The notes under the pieces were generated by a model, which saw only the letters and a list, made by a program, of their open reading frames with translations, was not told where the DNA came from and made no database searches. A program made the position numbers and the translations under genes. A stretch of 64,000 nt of DNA from IMG/VR virus record IMGVR_UViG_3300031134_000001, positions 96,001-160,000 of that record; one strand, written 5' to 3'. The DNA is from a virus. Lineage: Duplodnaviria > Caudoviricetes. This document shows, one piece after another, positions 1-8,982 of the stretch. Within the stretch, counting starts at the first letter, position 1. Every line of letters begins with the position of its first letter.

Positions 1-1
1 G

Positions 2-937
2 ATTCTGTTGGTGCGTCGTTTGGCGTGGGTCAACATCTCGGGTCGTGATCCTAACTTCTCGTTGGTTGGTCGGGTCTACTCGTTTATCGAGCAGCACCTC
101 GAAGGCGCTGACCGTCAGTACAACGAACGGGTCAAGCCAAAGATCCCTGACAGCGGCATGTCAGGTAACGATCAAGAGAACCGGGCATCGGTTTCGGAAC
201 TGATCAAGATCCGCGAACCATTCTCGGCTGGCGACTTGACGCTATCTGAAGCATGTGCCCGCACACCAGAGATGTTCATCGCCCGTCTGCATCCAGAAAT
301 GATGGAAGGCTACTGGATGGAAATGGCGTTGAAGACGGTTGAGCCACTGCGCAAGAATCCACCGCAGCAGTTCCAGTTCACGATGCTGCAAAACGTGCTC
401 GGCGTTGAATGCCGACAGCGTGACGGCTTGTGGGAGCTGGACCCAACCCAACGGGAAAAGTGGGATGCCATCTTCCCACCTCGGGCCATCGATGAAATGA
501 ATCTCATCGAAGACTTGAACATGATGGCTGTGGCTGTAGCGTTGTTGTGCTACAAAGGCTTTTACGATGTGGCAGCTTTGATGACGGCCACCCCAGTGAA
601 AGACAGTCAAGGTAATTCGATTGGCGGTAGCGCACCACCTGCCGCACTCACCGATGACAACGTGAAAGCATTGGCGCAGCACTGGCCGTTTGCTCAGCGT
701 CCATCAGGAAAACTTCGGAATGATAACCCGAGGACGATCAAGCTGCCCAACGTAGCGGGAGCTTTGATCGACAACATTACTTTTAACCTGAGTAATTATC
801 AGTGGTTACTCAACATCCCAACACCATGGATCAAGATGTTGCCAGACCACGACGGCAATCGCCGTTATGCAGTGAAACCAAACTTTCGTAATCGTTTTGC
901 TGAACTCGCAATCAGCATCGCCACCAGGAGCTTGTAA
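2..937 (+). CDS. C-terminal part of a phiKZ gp68-like non-virion RNAP accessory (promoter-specificity) subunit; truncated by the window edge
   Basis: The frame is open from position 2. It lies directly upstream of the gp69/gp70/beta-C/beta-prime-C/helicase block, matching phiKZ gp68-gp75 order. Assignment is by synteny only. Confidence 0.5.
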   Translation: MLLVRRLAWVNISGRDPNFSLVGRVYSFIEQHLEGADRQYNERVKPKIPDSGMSGNDQENRASVSELIKIREPFSAGDLTLSEACARTPEMFIARLHPEMMEGYWMEMALKTVEPLRKNPPQQFQFTMLQNVLGVECRQRDGLWELDPTQREKWDAIFPPRAIDEMNLIEDLNMMAVAVALLCYKGFYDVAALMTATPVKDSQGNSIGGSAPPAALTDDNVKALAQHWPFAQRPSGKLRNDNPRTIKLPNVAGALIDNITFNLSNYQWLLNIPTPWIKMLPDHDGNRRYAVKPNFRNRFAELAISIATRSL

Positions 938-940
938 AAA

Positions 941-2608
941 ATGAATGATCCATATAACCAACAACCACATAACCCTTACGATTCATTCAACGAAAAGTAC
1001 GCTGACTACAGCGAGGACCGTCGCCCGACCTTCCCACACCACAATGCGGCGAAAGTCACCATCGAACAACTGTTCTTCATTCCGACCGGCACCTACCAGG
1101 AACAATGGCGGCGCCCGTGGACTGCCGAAGTCAATCAAGGCAACGTCAACCAAGTGTACGAAGCTGTGGCCCATGCTTACCATGACCACAAAATCAAACG
1201 CGACGCCGGCAGCATCTCGCCGGATCTGGCCTACGCCATCGACCCGATGAGTCTGGCCTCCGTGTCGGCTTCGTTCATCCAACCAGCCGCTGTCGGTGAA
1301 GCACCAGCACGTCACCGCATGAGGCACAGTCTGGCGCACCAGACGGCCCGTTTCATCATGACGCTCGCAGTGCATCGCCATGGCGCCGTCGAACCGAACC
1401 GTTATCTCATCAACGGCTACACCGATCACCTGGGCCTACTCAAAAAGGGTGACCGCGCTGGCTACAACCAGAGCGACTATGAAGTGGATCACACCATGGA
1501 AATGACGGTGAATTCCATCATGGAAGTGCGCCGCATGGAACGCCACACCGGTTACGGTCTGGAAGTCACGTCGGAAATGGTGTCGGTCAACCAAGTCCTG
1601 CTGGACCCGAACTTCACCGGCGTGGATCAGGCGCAGATCATCCGTCTGCGTCCGTATGAAGTGGCTACTGCGCTGACGCGCATGCAAGATCCGCAGATCA
1701 ATCGCAGCGGTGTGAGCACTACCGACACGCGTTACGTGCAAAACGGCACGCCGACGTTCTCGGATATCCACCACACCAATCCGAACGACTACATGGCCCG
1801 CACCATCTCGGGCCTGACCAACGGTCGTGACATGGCCGTGCACCGCAATCAGTCGGGTCTCCTCGATCCACTGACCAACGCTACGCGTGAGCTGCGCGAT
1901 CAGTCGGCAGCAAACGATCCGTTCCTCAAAGCGATCTCAAGCTTTACCGACGGCATCGTGTCGGCCACGTTCACGTTCCGTGATCTGTTGATGGTCGATC
2001 CGAATGCTGACAAAGACGGCATCTGCTTTATCGACATGCGTGACTATTCCAAGTTGGCGGGTCAGCGCGGCCACAACATGGCTGCCGGTGGTTACACGTC
2101 TGAATGGCAGGGTCGTGATGCAGCTACGCAATGGGCGGCGCAACTTGCCAACATGTTGCCACCGATGATGATGGACTTGGGCGTTCGCAAGATCGACCTC
2201 GTTGCATCCAACATCCATCGCGAAAAGATCTGCACGGCAGCCAATGCCTTGCCGTTCATCCGGGGTGTGAACATCGTGCCTCAGCAGCGGGCGTTGGAAG
2301 GATTGTTCTTCCAGCAGTTTGTGCAGCCGATGTCGTTCGATGGACAGATCCCGTATCAGATCGATGTGAGCGTGGACCTGTATGGCGAAATCATCATGAA
2401 CCTGTCGGTCGATGGCAGTCCGTTGTATCCATACGCGTTTCCGGCATTCATGTCGGCCGGCAGTTCGCCAATCCTGACGACGCAGGCCAATACGCTGGAC
2501 GCAATCGCGACTGCTTTCCGCGATCTGCAATCGCAAGTCCTGCCGCCACTTCGCCCCCTCATCACTGAAGTAGCGCGCCAGCCGTTGCCTACCGGCGCCC
2601 GCTATTAA
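941..2608 (+). CDS. picA: Phage-nucleus protein import factor, PicA/Imp1 (phiKZ gp69)-like
   Basis: 555-aa ORF with coding-like codon bias, between the gp68-like and gp70-like genes. The N-terminal LFFIPTGTYQEQWRRPW segment resembles my recollection of this family. Mainly synteny. Confidence 0.6.
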   Translation: MNDPYNQQPHNPYDSFNEKYADYSEDRRPTFPHHNAAKVTIEQLFFIPTGTYQEQWRRPWTAEVNQGNVNQVYEAVAHAYHDHKIKRDAGSISPDLAYAIDPMSLASVSASFIQPAAVGEAPARHRMRHSLAHQTARFIMTLAVHRHGAVEPNRYLINGYTDHLGLLKKGDRAGYNQSDYEVDHTMEMTVNSIMEVRRMERHTGYGLEVTSEMVSVNQVLLDPNFTGVDQAQIIRLRPYEVATALTRMQDPQINRSGVSTTDTRYVQNGTPTFSDIHHTNPNDYMARTISGLTNGRDMAVHRNQSGLLDPLTNATRELRDQSAANDPFLKAISSFTDGIVSATFTFRDLLMVDPNADKDGICFIDMRDYSKLAGQRGHNMAAGGYTSEWQGRDAATQWAAQLANMLPPMMMDLGVRKIDLVASNIHREKICTAANALPFIRGVNIVPQQRALEGLFFQQFVQPMSFDGQIPYQIDVSVDLYGEIIMNLSVDGSPLYPYAFPAFMSAGSSPILTTQANTLDAIATAFRDLQSQVLPPLRPLITEVARQPLPTGARY

Positions 2609-2613
2609 AAACA

Positions 2614-2639
2614 GTAGCCCTATCGACAGGTAGGGCTAC
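2614..2639 (+). terminator. Stem-loop between genes (possible attenuator/terminator, no U-tract)
   Basis: GTAGCCCTA / TAGGGCTAC inverted repeat just after the stop at 2608. Confidence 0.35.
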
Positions 2640-2660
2640 ATCACAAAAAAGGAAAGCAGC

Positions 2661-3989
2661 ATGAATAAAATCGACATGTTCGATACCTACAAGCAGCTTC
2701 TCGCCACGACCAGTATGGAAGTGACCGAAGAAGGCTTCGTACGGATGGAAATCGATGAGAATGAATACATTCCCGTCACAGCCAAAGACCAGAAAATCGT
2801 GGTGCTGCCGCTCGTTGAGCGTTTGCGCGATAAGAAGGTCGACGAATACGAAATCTTCCACTTGCTGCGCGACGGCGGTGGCAAAGACAGTGACCTGATG
2901 TCGCGTTATCGCCATTGGCTGATCAACCGTCTGAACCTGGTACTCGGCGGCCTGGGTGCCATCCTGCTCGATATCGCAGCCAGTCCTGCCATTACCAAAA
3001 CGCTTTCGCCAGAACAGCAAGCGTACCTGGGCATGGTCGCTGACGCCGACGTGGACTCCGTGAAGAACTTCGACAAGCTCGCCGATATGGCATCCAAAGC
3101 CAATCAGATCCAGCAAGTCTTCGTCTCGGTGTATCTGCAGCCGGCAGCTGTCCTCGATGTCAACGGCGAGAAGGTCAGCTTCAACCGCGTGGCCCGTTTC
3201 AACTTCCCTATCTTCGATGCCATCAAAGATGTCATTGCAGAAGACGAAGCGTACAAGGCAGCGCCCAAGGCCAAGAAACCGACCAAGGGCGACGGCAAGA
3301 TCTTCGGCGCCGCTATCCGGGTGAAAGATCGCGATGTGTTCATCGGTCTGCTCAAGTACATGTTGCCAGAACTGGATGTGCGTCATCGCTACGATATCGG
3401 TAGCAACTCGCGCATTTCGCCAAGCCTGGATGCCATGATGCGCGGCTTCCTGCCGATGATCACGCACCTGAACGCAATCATGGAACTGTTCACTGGCGTC
3501 AAGCCAGAGATCGATCGCGCCATTTCGGGGATGATGATCCCAACGGACTGGGAAGCAGCCTTCGAAAACCTGGATGTGCTGTGGCCGCAGATCCGTTCGG
3601 TTCCAACCCAAAGCGTGGGCGCCTTGGTCGAACCAGCGCCGACCGATCTGCGTCAGAATGCAGCAGTGGCTGCAACCGTGCATTCGCCGTACAATGCCCC
3701 AGCAGCACCACCGCCATGGGCATTGCCAACACCAACGCCACACGTACAGCCAACGCAGACCATCTACGGTAGTACCTACGCACCACCTGTACCAGTTCGT
3801 AGCGGTAACAGTGGTGGCGGTATGGATGTGGGTGAAATGATGCGTGGTCTGGGTGGCGGTCGTCACGCACCACAGCAACAGCACCCTGGTTACGTACAAC
3901 CGCAACAGCCGTACTATCCACCACCTGCGGCGACGATGTACCCAGGCCAGCAGCAGTACCAACCCCAGCAACAACAACGTCGTTATTAA
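2661..3989 (+). CDS. Conserved Chimalliviridae protein, phiKZ gp70-like, with P/Q/Y/G low-complexity C-terminal tail
   Basis: 442-aa ORF with SD (AAAGGA) upstream. Synteny. The last ~110 aa are low complexity (YPGQQQYQPQQQQRRY). Confidence 0.55.
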   Translation: MNKIDMFDTYKQLLATTSMEVTEEGFVRMEIDENEYIPVTAKDQKIVVLPLVERLRDKKVDEYEIFHLLRDGGGKDSDLMSRYRHWLINRLNLVLGGLGAILLDIAASPAITKTLSPEQQAYLGMVADADVDSVKNFDKLADMASKANQIQQVFVSVYLQPAAVLDVNGEKVSFNRVARFNFPIFDAIKDVIAEDEAYKAAPKAKKPTKGDGKIFGAAIRVKDRDVFIGLLKYMLPELDVRHRYDIGSNSRISPSLDAMMRGFLPMITHLNAIMELFTGVKPEIDRAISGMMIPTDWEAAFENLDVLWPQIRSVPTQSVGALVEPAPTDLRQNAAVAATVHSPYNAPAAPPPWALPTPTPHVQPTQTIYGSTYAPPVPVRSGNSGGGMDVGEMMRGLGGGRHAPQQQHPGYVQPQQPYYPPPAATMYPGQQQYQPQQQQRRY

Positions 3990-4046
3990 CGGCATAAAGC
4001 CAACCCGACCCGTAGTGGGATCGGGTTGGTCTTTCCTTTATGCGTT
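3989..4046. terminator. Bidirectional hairpin between convergent genes, flanked by ACGGCATA / TATGCGTT
   Basis: CCAACCCGA...TCGGGTTGG stem between the stops of 2661-3989(+) and 4089-4424(-). Flanks match the dispersed motif. Confidence 0.7.
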
Positions 4047-4088
4047 AATTTTTTTAGCTCTTCTGTTAAAAAAGATCACACGATCCTA

Positions 4089-4424
4089 TTAGCTGATGCG
4101 CGGCCAGCTATTGTGCGACTGTAGGATTTGTTCAACCAGGGCAAAGTCGGGCACAGTCATGGCCAACACATCTTCATGGAACTGGTTGGGGGATGTAAAC
4201 TGGTTGATACGCATGACCAACCAGTGGTATTGTCGCTTGACGGTTTGGGTGTCCAGGAAACTGAAGAAGTCTCCACGCCAACGATACGCGTCGGATGGAT
4301 CAATCAGAACGATCTGCGAATTGGTTTCTCGCAGAAACGTCATGTGATCTTCCAGCACGTTGCGAAACTCAGGATCATAGAAAATATCTGGTCCAGGATC
4401 AACCATCAGATTATTCAGCGCCAT
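4089..4424 (-). CDS. Small protein, T4 gp53/LysM-like baseplate wedge candidate
   Basis: 111 aa. YRWRGDFFSFL...YHWLVMRINQFTSP resembles the W-x-I-x-x-x-N-x-x-x-x-P pattern of gp53/tail-X LysM-like proteins. Confidence 0.45.
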   Translation of the reverse strand: MALNNLMVDPGPDIFYDPEFRNVLEDHMTFLRETNSQIVLIDPSDAYRWRGDFFSFLDTQTVKRQYHWLVMRINQFTSPNQFHEDVLAMTVPDFALVEQILQSHNSWPRIS

Positions 4425-4459
4425 TTTATCACCTTAACAAGCATTAGAAAATTGTAAGA

Positions 4460-4469
4460 CTATATCACT
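4460..4469 (+). promoter_or_regulatory. Candidate early (virion-RNAP) promoter CTATATCACT
   Basis: Lies in the AT-rich gap upstream of the nvRNAP beta-C gene. An identical 10-mer occurs at 59787-59796. One mismatch from the phiKZ early consensus TATATTAC. Confidence 0.55.
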
Positions 4470-4536
4470 AAAACAGAGCAGAACGCTCCGATAAGTAACA
4501 AGAAGATAGTTTGTTTTATTTACAAAAAGGATCGGT

Positions 4537-6801
4537 ATGAGTTACAACCATTCACCAGCTGTGAGTTTTGATCCACCGCTTAACTACCGGGTTATCAAAC
4601 CTTCGCTCGTCGTACCGAACGAGCACTTCCCGCAGGGTGAAAGTGTCATGGCCATTAACATGGCCAACGCCGCGATTTCGGCGTCACGTAAACAGATGTA
4701 CGGTAACAACTTGGGTCAGATCGTGGTGGTGTGCGGTATGACCGAACGGATTATTCAGACAGGCATGGACACCCTGTTATCCGACACCACGTTCTCCCAG
4801 CGCATGCCGGCCAAAGGCCAGATCGTTGGTTACTTCCACCGCTATGAACGTAAAATCGGTGAGAATGCATTTAAGACCAGCCCACCGCAGTCGGTCGCCA
4901 TCTTCCGCTCGTTTGACGATAGCGTGGATTACGAGTACGGCTTGGTGAGCCTGTCAGACTACAGCGCTTACCATCCGTACCTGGGCTTTAGTTATGTCGA
5001 CAAGCCCGGTATCACGCAGCTTCGTATTGGTCATACGATCGAAAAGGACACGGTGTTCCGTGATTCGCCAGGTGTGTTGAATGATCCAGAAGACACCAGC
5101 GGCGACCATGACTACGCGTTCACCGTGACGATCAACGTGGCCATGATGGGCCTGCGCGATGTGGCTGAGGATGGTATCGTCATCGCCCGCGGCGCCCTGA
5201 AGAAGTTTGGCTTTGAAACGTTCGAACGCCATGTGGTGGAATTTGGTCAACACATGGTGCCCCTCAATCTGTACGGCGATCCAAACGATCCAACGGACTA
5301 CAAGATCTGTCCGGACATCGGTGAGAAGATCGGCAAAGATGGTTGCTTGATGGCGCTGCGTACGTGGCGGCCTGACCTGGCGATTGCAGAACTGAGTGTG
5401 AACGCCCTGCGCCGGATCGACTACATGTTCGACAAGAAGGTCATGGCGGACGGTGAAGTCATCGACATCAAAGTGCACCACGATCGCAACACCGGCCTCG
5501 TCGGCACTCCAGCTGCCATGGAGACGCAGCCACTGAAGTACGACGAAGGCCGTCGTGAGTTCCTCGGCAAGATCTATCGCTGGTGGACTGACATCGTCAA
5601 GGATCTCGGACGTGATCCAATCCTGCAGCCGCAACTGCACAACCTGATCATCGAAGCCATCTCGGTGGTCAATCCTAACCAGGACAACAACACGGTCGTT
5701 AAGGTCCACAAGAAAACCCGGATCGACGACTACCGCATGGAGTTCACCATCCGGCACCGGATCGTGCCGAACATGGGCAACAAGTTCACCGATCTGTTTG
5801 GCGGTAAGGGCGTGGTCGTGTCCATCTGGGAAGATGAAGACATGCCGGTTGATGCAGACGGCAATCGTGCAGAAATGATCTTTGACCAAGCGGCTGTGAA
5901 CAACCGCATGATTCCTGGTCGTCTGTACGAGCACATCATCAACGGCAGCGCCCGTGATGTGTACCGCAAGATCGTGCGTGCTTTGGGCATTCAGGACATG
6001 CGCCGTCCAGCACAGATCCGTCAGGACCTGATGCGCATCCAAGCCGAGCAGCCAGAGCTGTTGTCCAAAGCGTGGGAATATCTGCTGGGCTTTTACGAAG
6101 TCACCGTGCCTAAACAAGCCGCGATCTTCCGTAACTGTGACTTCGGCGCCAGTCCGCTGCAGCACCTGTCGTACATCATGTCGAAAGGGCATACTGTTCT
6201 GTACATGCGTTCGGACCATCCACTGATGCTCAAGAACATGGTGTCGGACATCGAGCGGCTGTATCCATCGACGTTCGGTCCTGTGTACTACCGCGGTGCT
6301 TCGGGCAACCATGTCTGGACGGAAGAGCCTGTGCGTATCGCACCGTTGTCGATCATCATGCTGGAAAAGATCGCCGACACAGGTTCTGCTGTATCATCGA
6401 CCCGTCGTCAACATGCTGGCGTGCTTGCAACCCTGAGCAACGCCGACAAGTACTCCGAGCGTATCCGTAACCAGCCGACCAAAGCGTATGGTGAATCGGA
6501 AATTCGCATCGTGATTTCGTACTCGGGTACGTTGACAGCTGCCGAGATCCTCGATCGCAACAACAGCATCGAGTCACACAAAGCGATGTGCTGGAGTATC
6601 TTCGAGTCGACGCACCCAACCCGCATCGCGCGTGCTGTGGATCGTAATGTCATTCGCTTGGATGGTTCCCGTTCCTTGCAGACGGTGAATCACGTGTGGG
6701 CATGCTCGGGTATGGAAATGGCGTGGGATAACTATCGCCCAACCCATCCAGCGCACCACGCGATGCACAACATCCATGAAAGCGTTCTTAAAGCTGCGTA
6801 A
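4537..6801 (+). CDS. Non-virion RNA polymerase beta subunit, C-terminal half (phiKZ gp71/73-like)
   Basis: GNKFTDLFGGKGVV corresponds to the beta GDKxxxRHGQKGV motif. EDMPVDADGNRAEMIFD and YGESEIR (clamp GEME-like) are also present. Only the C-terminal half of beta is encoded. Confidence 0.9.
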   Translation: MSYNHSPAVSFDPPLNYRVIKPSLVVPNEHFPQGESVMAINMANAAISASRKQMYGNNLGQIVVVCGMTERIIQTGMDTLLSDTTFSQRMPAKGQIVGYFHRYERKIGENAFKTSPPQSVAIFRSFDDSVDYEYGLVSLSDYSAYHPYLGFSYVDKPGITQLRIGHTIEKDTVFRDSPGVLNDPEDTSGDHDYAFTVTINVAMMGLRDVAEDGIVIARGALKKFGFETFERHVVEFGQHMVPLNLYGDPNDPTDYKICPDIGEKIGKDGCLMALRTWRPDLAIAELSVNALRRIDYMFDKKVMADGEVIDIKVHHDRNTGLVGTPAAMETQPLKYDEGRREFLGKIYRWWTDIVKDLGRDPILQPQLHNLIIEAISVVNPNQDNNTVVKVHKKTRIDDYRMEFTIRHRIVPNMGNKFTDLFGGKGVVVSIWEDEDMPVDADGNRAEMIFDQAAVNNRMIPGRLYEHIINGSARDVYRKIVRALGIQDMRRPAQIRQDLMRIQAEQPELLSKAWEYLLGFYEVTVPKQAAIFRNCDFGASPLQHLSYIMSKGHTVLYMRSDHPLMLKNMVSDIERLYPSTFGPVYYRGASGNHVWTEEPVRIAPLSIIMLEKIADTGSAVSSTRRQHAGVLATLSNADKYSERIRNQPTKAYGESEIRIVISYSGTLTAAEILDRNNSIESHKAMCWSIFESTHPTRIARAVDRNVIRLDGSRSLQTVNHVWACSGMEMAWDNYRPTHPAHHAMHNIHESVLKAA

Positions 6802-6852
6802 CTAAAGAAAACACGCCCTGTCACCTAGGGCGGTAGTTCTAGGAAAGAAAAG

Positions 6853-8982
6853 ATGCCTACAGTATTAAAACGTTACGATGCTCGTTATTTTCTGCGCTTT
6901 GATCCAGAAGATCTTTGGAACTGGATCACAGGCCCGTTTATTCTCGTGATGGATGATAAGGAGGAGATTGAAACCAACCACGTAGAGACTTGCTACAGCA
7001 GCTACGCGTGGGACTTCCACCGTAAGTATCCCAACACCCCGCTCTTGGCTGAGCACCACATCCGCGGTATTTTGAAGTGGGACAAGAAGACCGGCATCGC
7101 TGGTCGCTTGTCAATCGGCGCTGATCTGGAACTGTTCGGCAACTGCATGATGTCGAGCTGGGAAGCGTACTTTCGCACGCCAGAGAAGATCAACCGCGTA
7201 ACACTCTGGCGCGACATGGCCGAAGCAATGAACCGGCATTACTGTCACTTCATCAAGTTCGCCGATCGTTACGTGGGTACGCTGGACATTCTGCACTTCC
7301 ATGAAGCAATGGACGATGAAGAGATCTACGCAGCGAACTTGGCAGTGCAACGTGGGGAAATCCAGATCCACGAAGTCTACGCCATCATCGACCGGGTCTT
7401 TAAGAAATCCAAGCGTTTGATGCACAACCCACTCGTGCGCGAGTATCGCTCCAAGCTGCTCAAGCAAACCCAGGTGCACCAGAACATCGGACCACGTGGG
7501 CGGCCTACCGACATGAACTCACGCATCTTCGGCCACACCATCTTGACCGGGTATGTCGAGGGGATTAACCGGATTGCTGAGTCGGCCATTGAAACACGCT
7601 CGGCAGCACGCGCTTCGTACTACGCGGCGGAATCGCTGCGCATGTCCGAGTACTTCTCGCGCAAGTTGCAGTTTGTCTCGCAAAACGTGTGCAACATCCA
7701 CCAGGACTGCGATTGCGGTTCGACCAAGTATCTGGAATGGAAGGTGCGTGACCGTAAGATCGATGAGCAAGGTGATGAAGTTCGGCCAAGCGATCTGATT
7801 TTACTTAACGGTAAGTACTATCTTAATGAGAGGACCGGCGCATTAGAGCCGATCCGGCCTGACTCGTTCCATCTGCTCGGTCAAACCGTGCGGGTACGCT
7901 CGACGTTGTATTGTGCGCATCCCGATCCTGTCGGCGTGTGCTCAACATGTTTCGGTGAATTGGCGTTTAACGTGCCACCTGAAGCGAACATCGGGCAGTG
8001 GTGCGCAACAACGATGGCAGAGCAAGCAACACAGGCTCTGTTGTCCGCGAAGCATTTGGAGCGTTCTAGCGCGTTGGAGCGGATCGAGATCGATCCACGC
8101 TGGACGAACTATATCGCAGGCGGGCTGAACAATTCGTCGTATGTGCTGTCCAAAGCCATCGAAGACAAAGACGTGAGCATCATCTTGCTGCGTAGTCAGG
8201 TTGAAAGCCTGCACGACATCAAGAGCGTCGAAGACATCGAAGAGCATCCGGAAGAGCACTACAGCGAACTGACCATGCTCAACATCAAGATCGCCGAAGG
8301 GTTGGATACCCCGATGGTGCCTACCCCTGGCAGCAAGAACAAGGTTGTTGGTGGTGGCGGCATTGTGGGTGTCGAAGTGGGTACGGCTGGTAGCCGGGAA
8401 GCTAGTTTGTCGTACGAGATGCTGAACTACATCCGTGAACATGGCTACCGGACTGTGTCGTTGTCGGAAGGTCAGGTTCGTGCGGGTCAACGCAATGAAG
8501 ACCGCTACGAAATCGACATGGTGAACTGGAACTGGGATGATCCTATCCTGGTGATGCCGGCCAAACACTTCAACAACTCCGACCACGTGGATCAAGTGGC
8601 GCGCCGACTGGAGTCGCGTGTGGAAGAGATGCGCAAACGATCGCGTATCGACACTGCCGATAAAATGGTCTTGGACTTGTTTAACTTCGTGAACATGAAG
8701 CTGAACGTGAACTTGTCGTGCTTGGAAGTTATCTTGTACGCCACCATGATCATCTCGGCAGAGGACAACGACTACAGTCTGCCAAAACCGTGGACCACAT
8801 CGCAACCGTCGGTGTTGTCCATGACGATGAAGGGACGGAGTTTGTCGGTGTTGATGGCCTTCGAGAAGCAGTACGAAGCGCTGATCGATCCGAGCAGCTT
8901 CATCCACACCAATCGTTTGAACCATCTGTTTGACGGCATCTACACGCCAACTCACGTATATGGACAAACACAACTAGAATGA
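6853..8982 (+). CDS. Non-virion RNA polymerase beta-prime subunit, C-terminal part (phiKZ gp74-like)
   Basis: Bridge-helix-like ETRSAARASYYAAESLRMSEYFSRKLQFVSQNV, then DCGS. Zn-binding RSTLYC...GVCSTCFG. Trigger-loop-like MAEQATQALLSAKH. Confidence 0.9.
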   Translation: MPTVLKRYDARYFLRFDPEDLWNWITGPFILVMDDKEEIETNHVETCYSSYAWDFHRKYPNTPLLAEHHIRGILKWDKKTGIAGRLSIGADLELFGNCMMSSWEAYFRTPEKINRVTLWRDMAEAMNRHYCHFIKFADRYVGTLDILHFHEAMDDEEIYAANLAVQRGEIQIHEVYAIIDRVFKKSKRLMHNPLVREYRSKLLKQTQVHQNIGPRGRPTDMNSRIFGHTILTGYVEGINRIAESAIETRSAARASYYAAESLRMSEYFSRKLQFVSQNVCNIHQDCDCGSTKYLEWKVRDRKIDEQGDEVRPSDLILLNGKYYLNERTGALEPIRPDSFHLLGQTVRVRSTLYCAHPDPVGVCSTCFGELAFNVPPEANIGQWCATTMAEQATQALLSAKHLERSSALERIEIDPRWTNYIAGGLNNSSYVLSKAIEDKDVSIILLRSQVESLHDIKSVEDIEEHPEEHYSELTMLNIKIAEGLDTPMVPTPGSKNKVVGGGGIVGVEVGTAGSREASLSYEMLNYIREHGYRTVSLSEGQVRAGQRNEDRYEIDMVNWNWDDPILVMPAKHFNNSDHVDQVARRLESRVEEMRKRSRIDTADKMVLDLFNFVNMKLNVNLSCLEVILYATMIISAEDNDYSLPKPWTTSQPSVLSMTMKGRSLSVLMAFEKQYEALIDPSSFIHTNRLNHLFDGIYTPTHVYGQTQLE

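Noticed and set aside
4537-8982. Cellular rpoB/rpoC operon, or an intron/intein in these genes
   Set aside because: Only highly divergent C-terminal halves are present, in phage context. The frames are continuous, with no homing-endonuclease or intein motifs seen.
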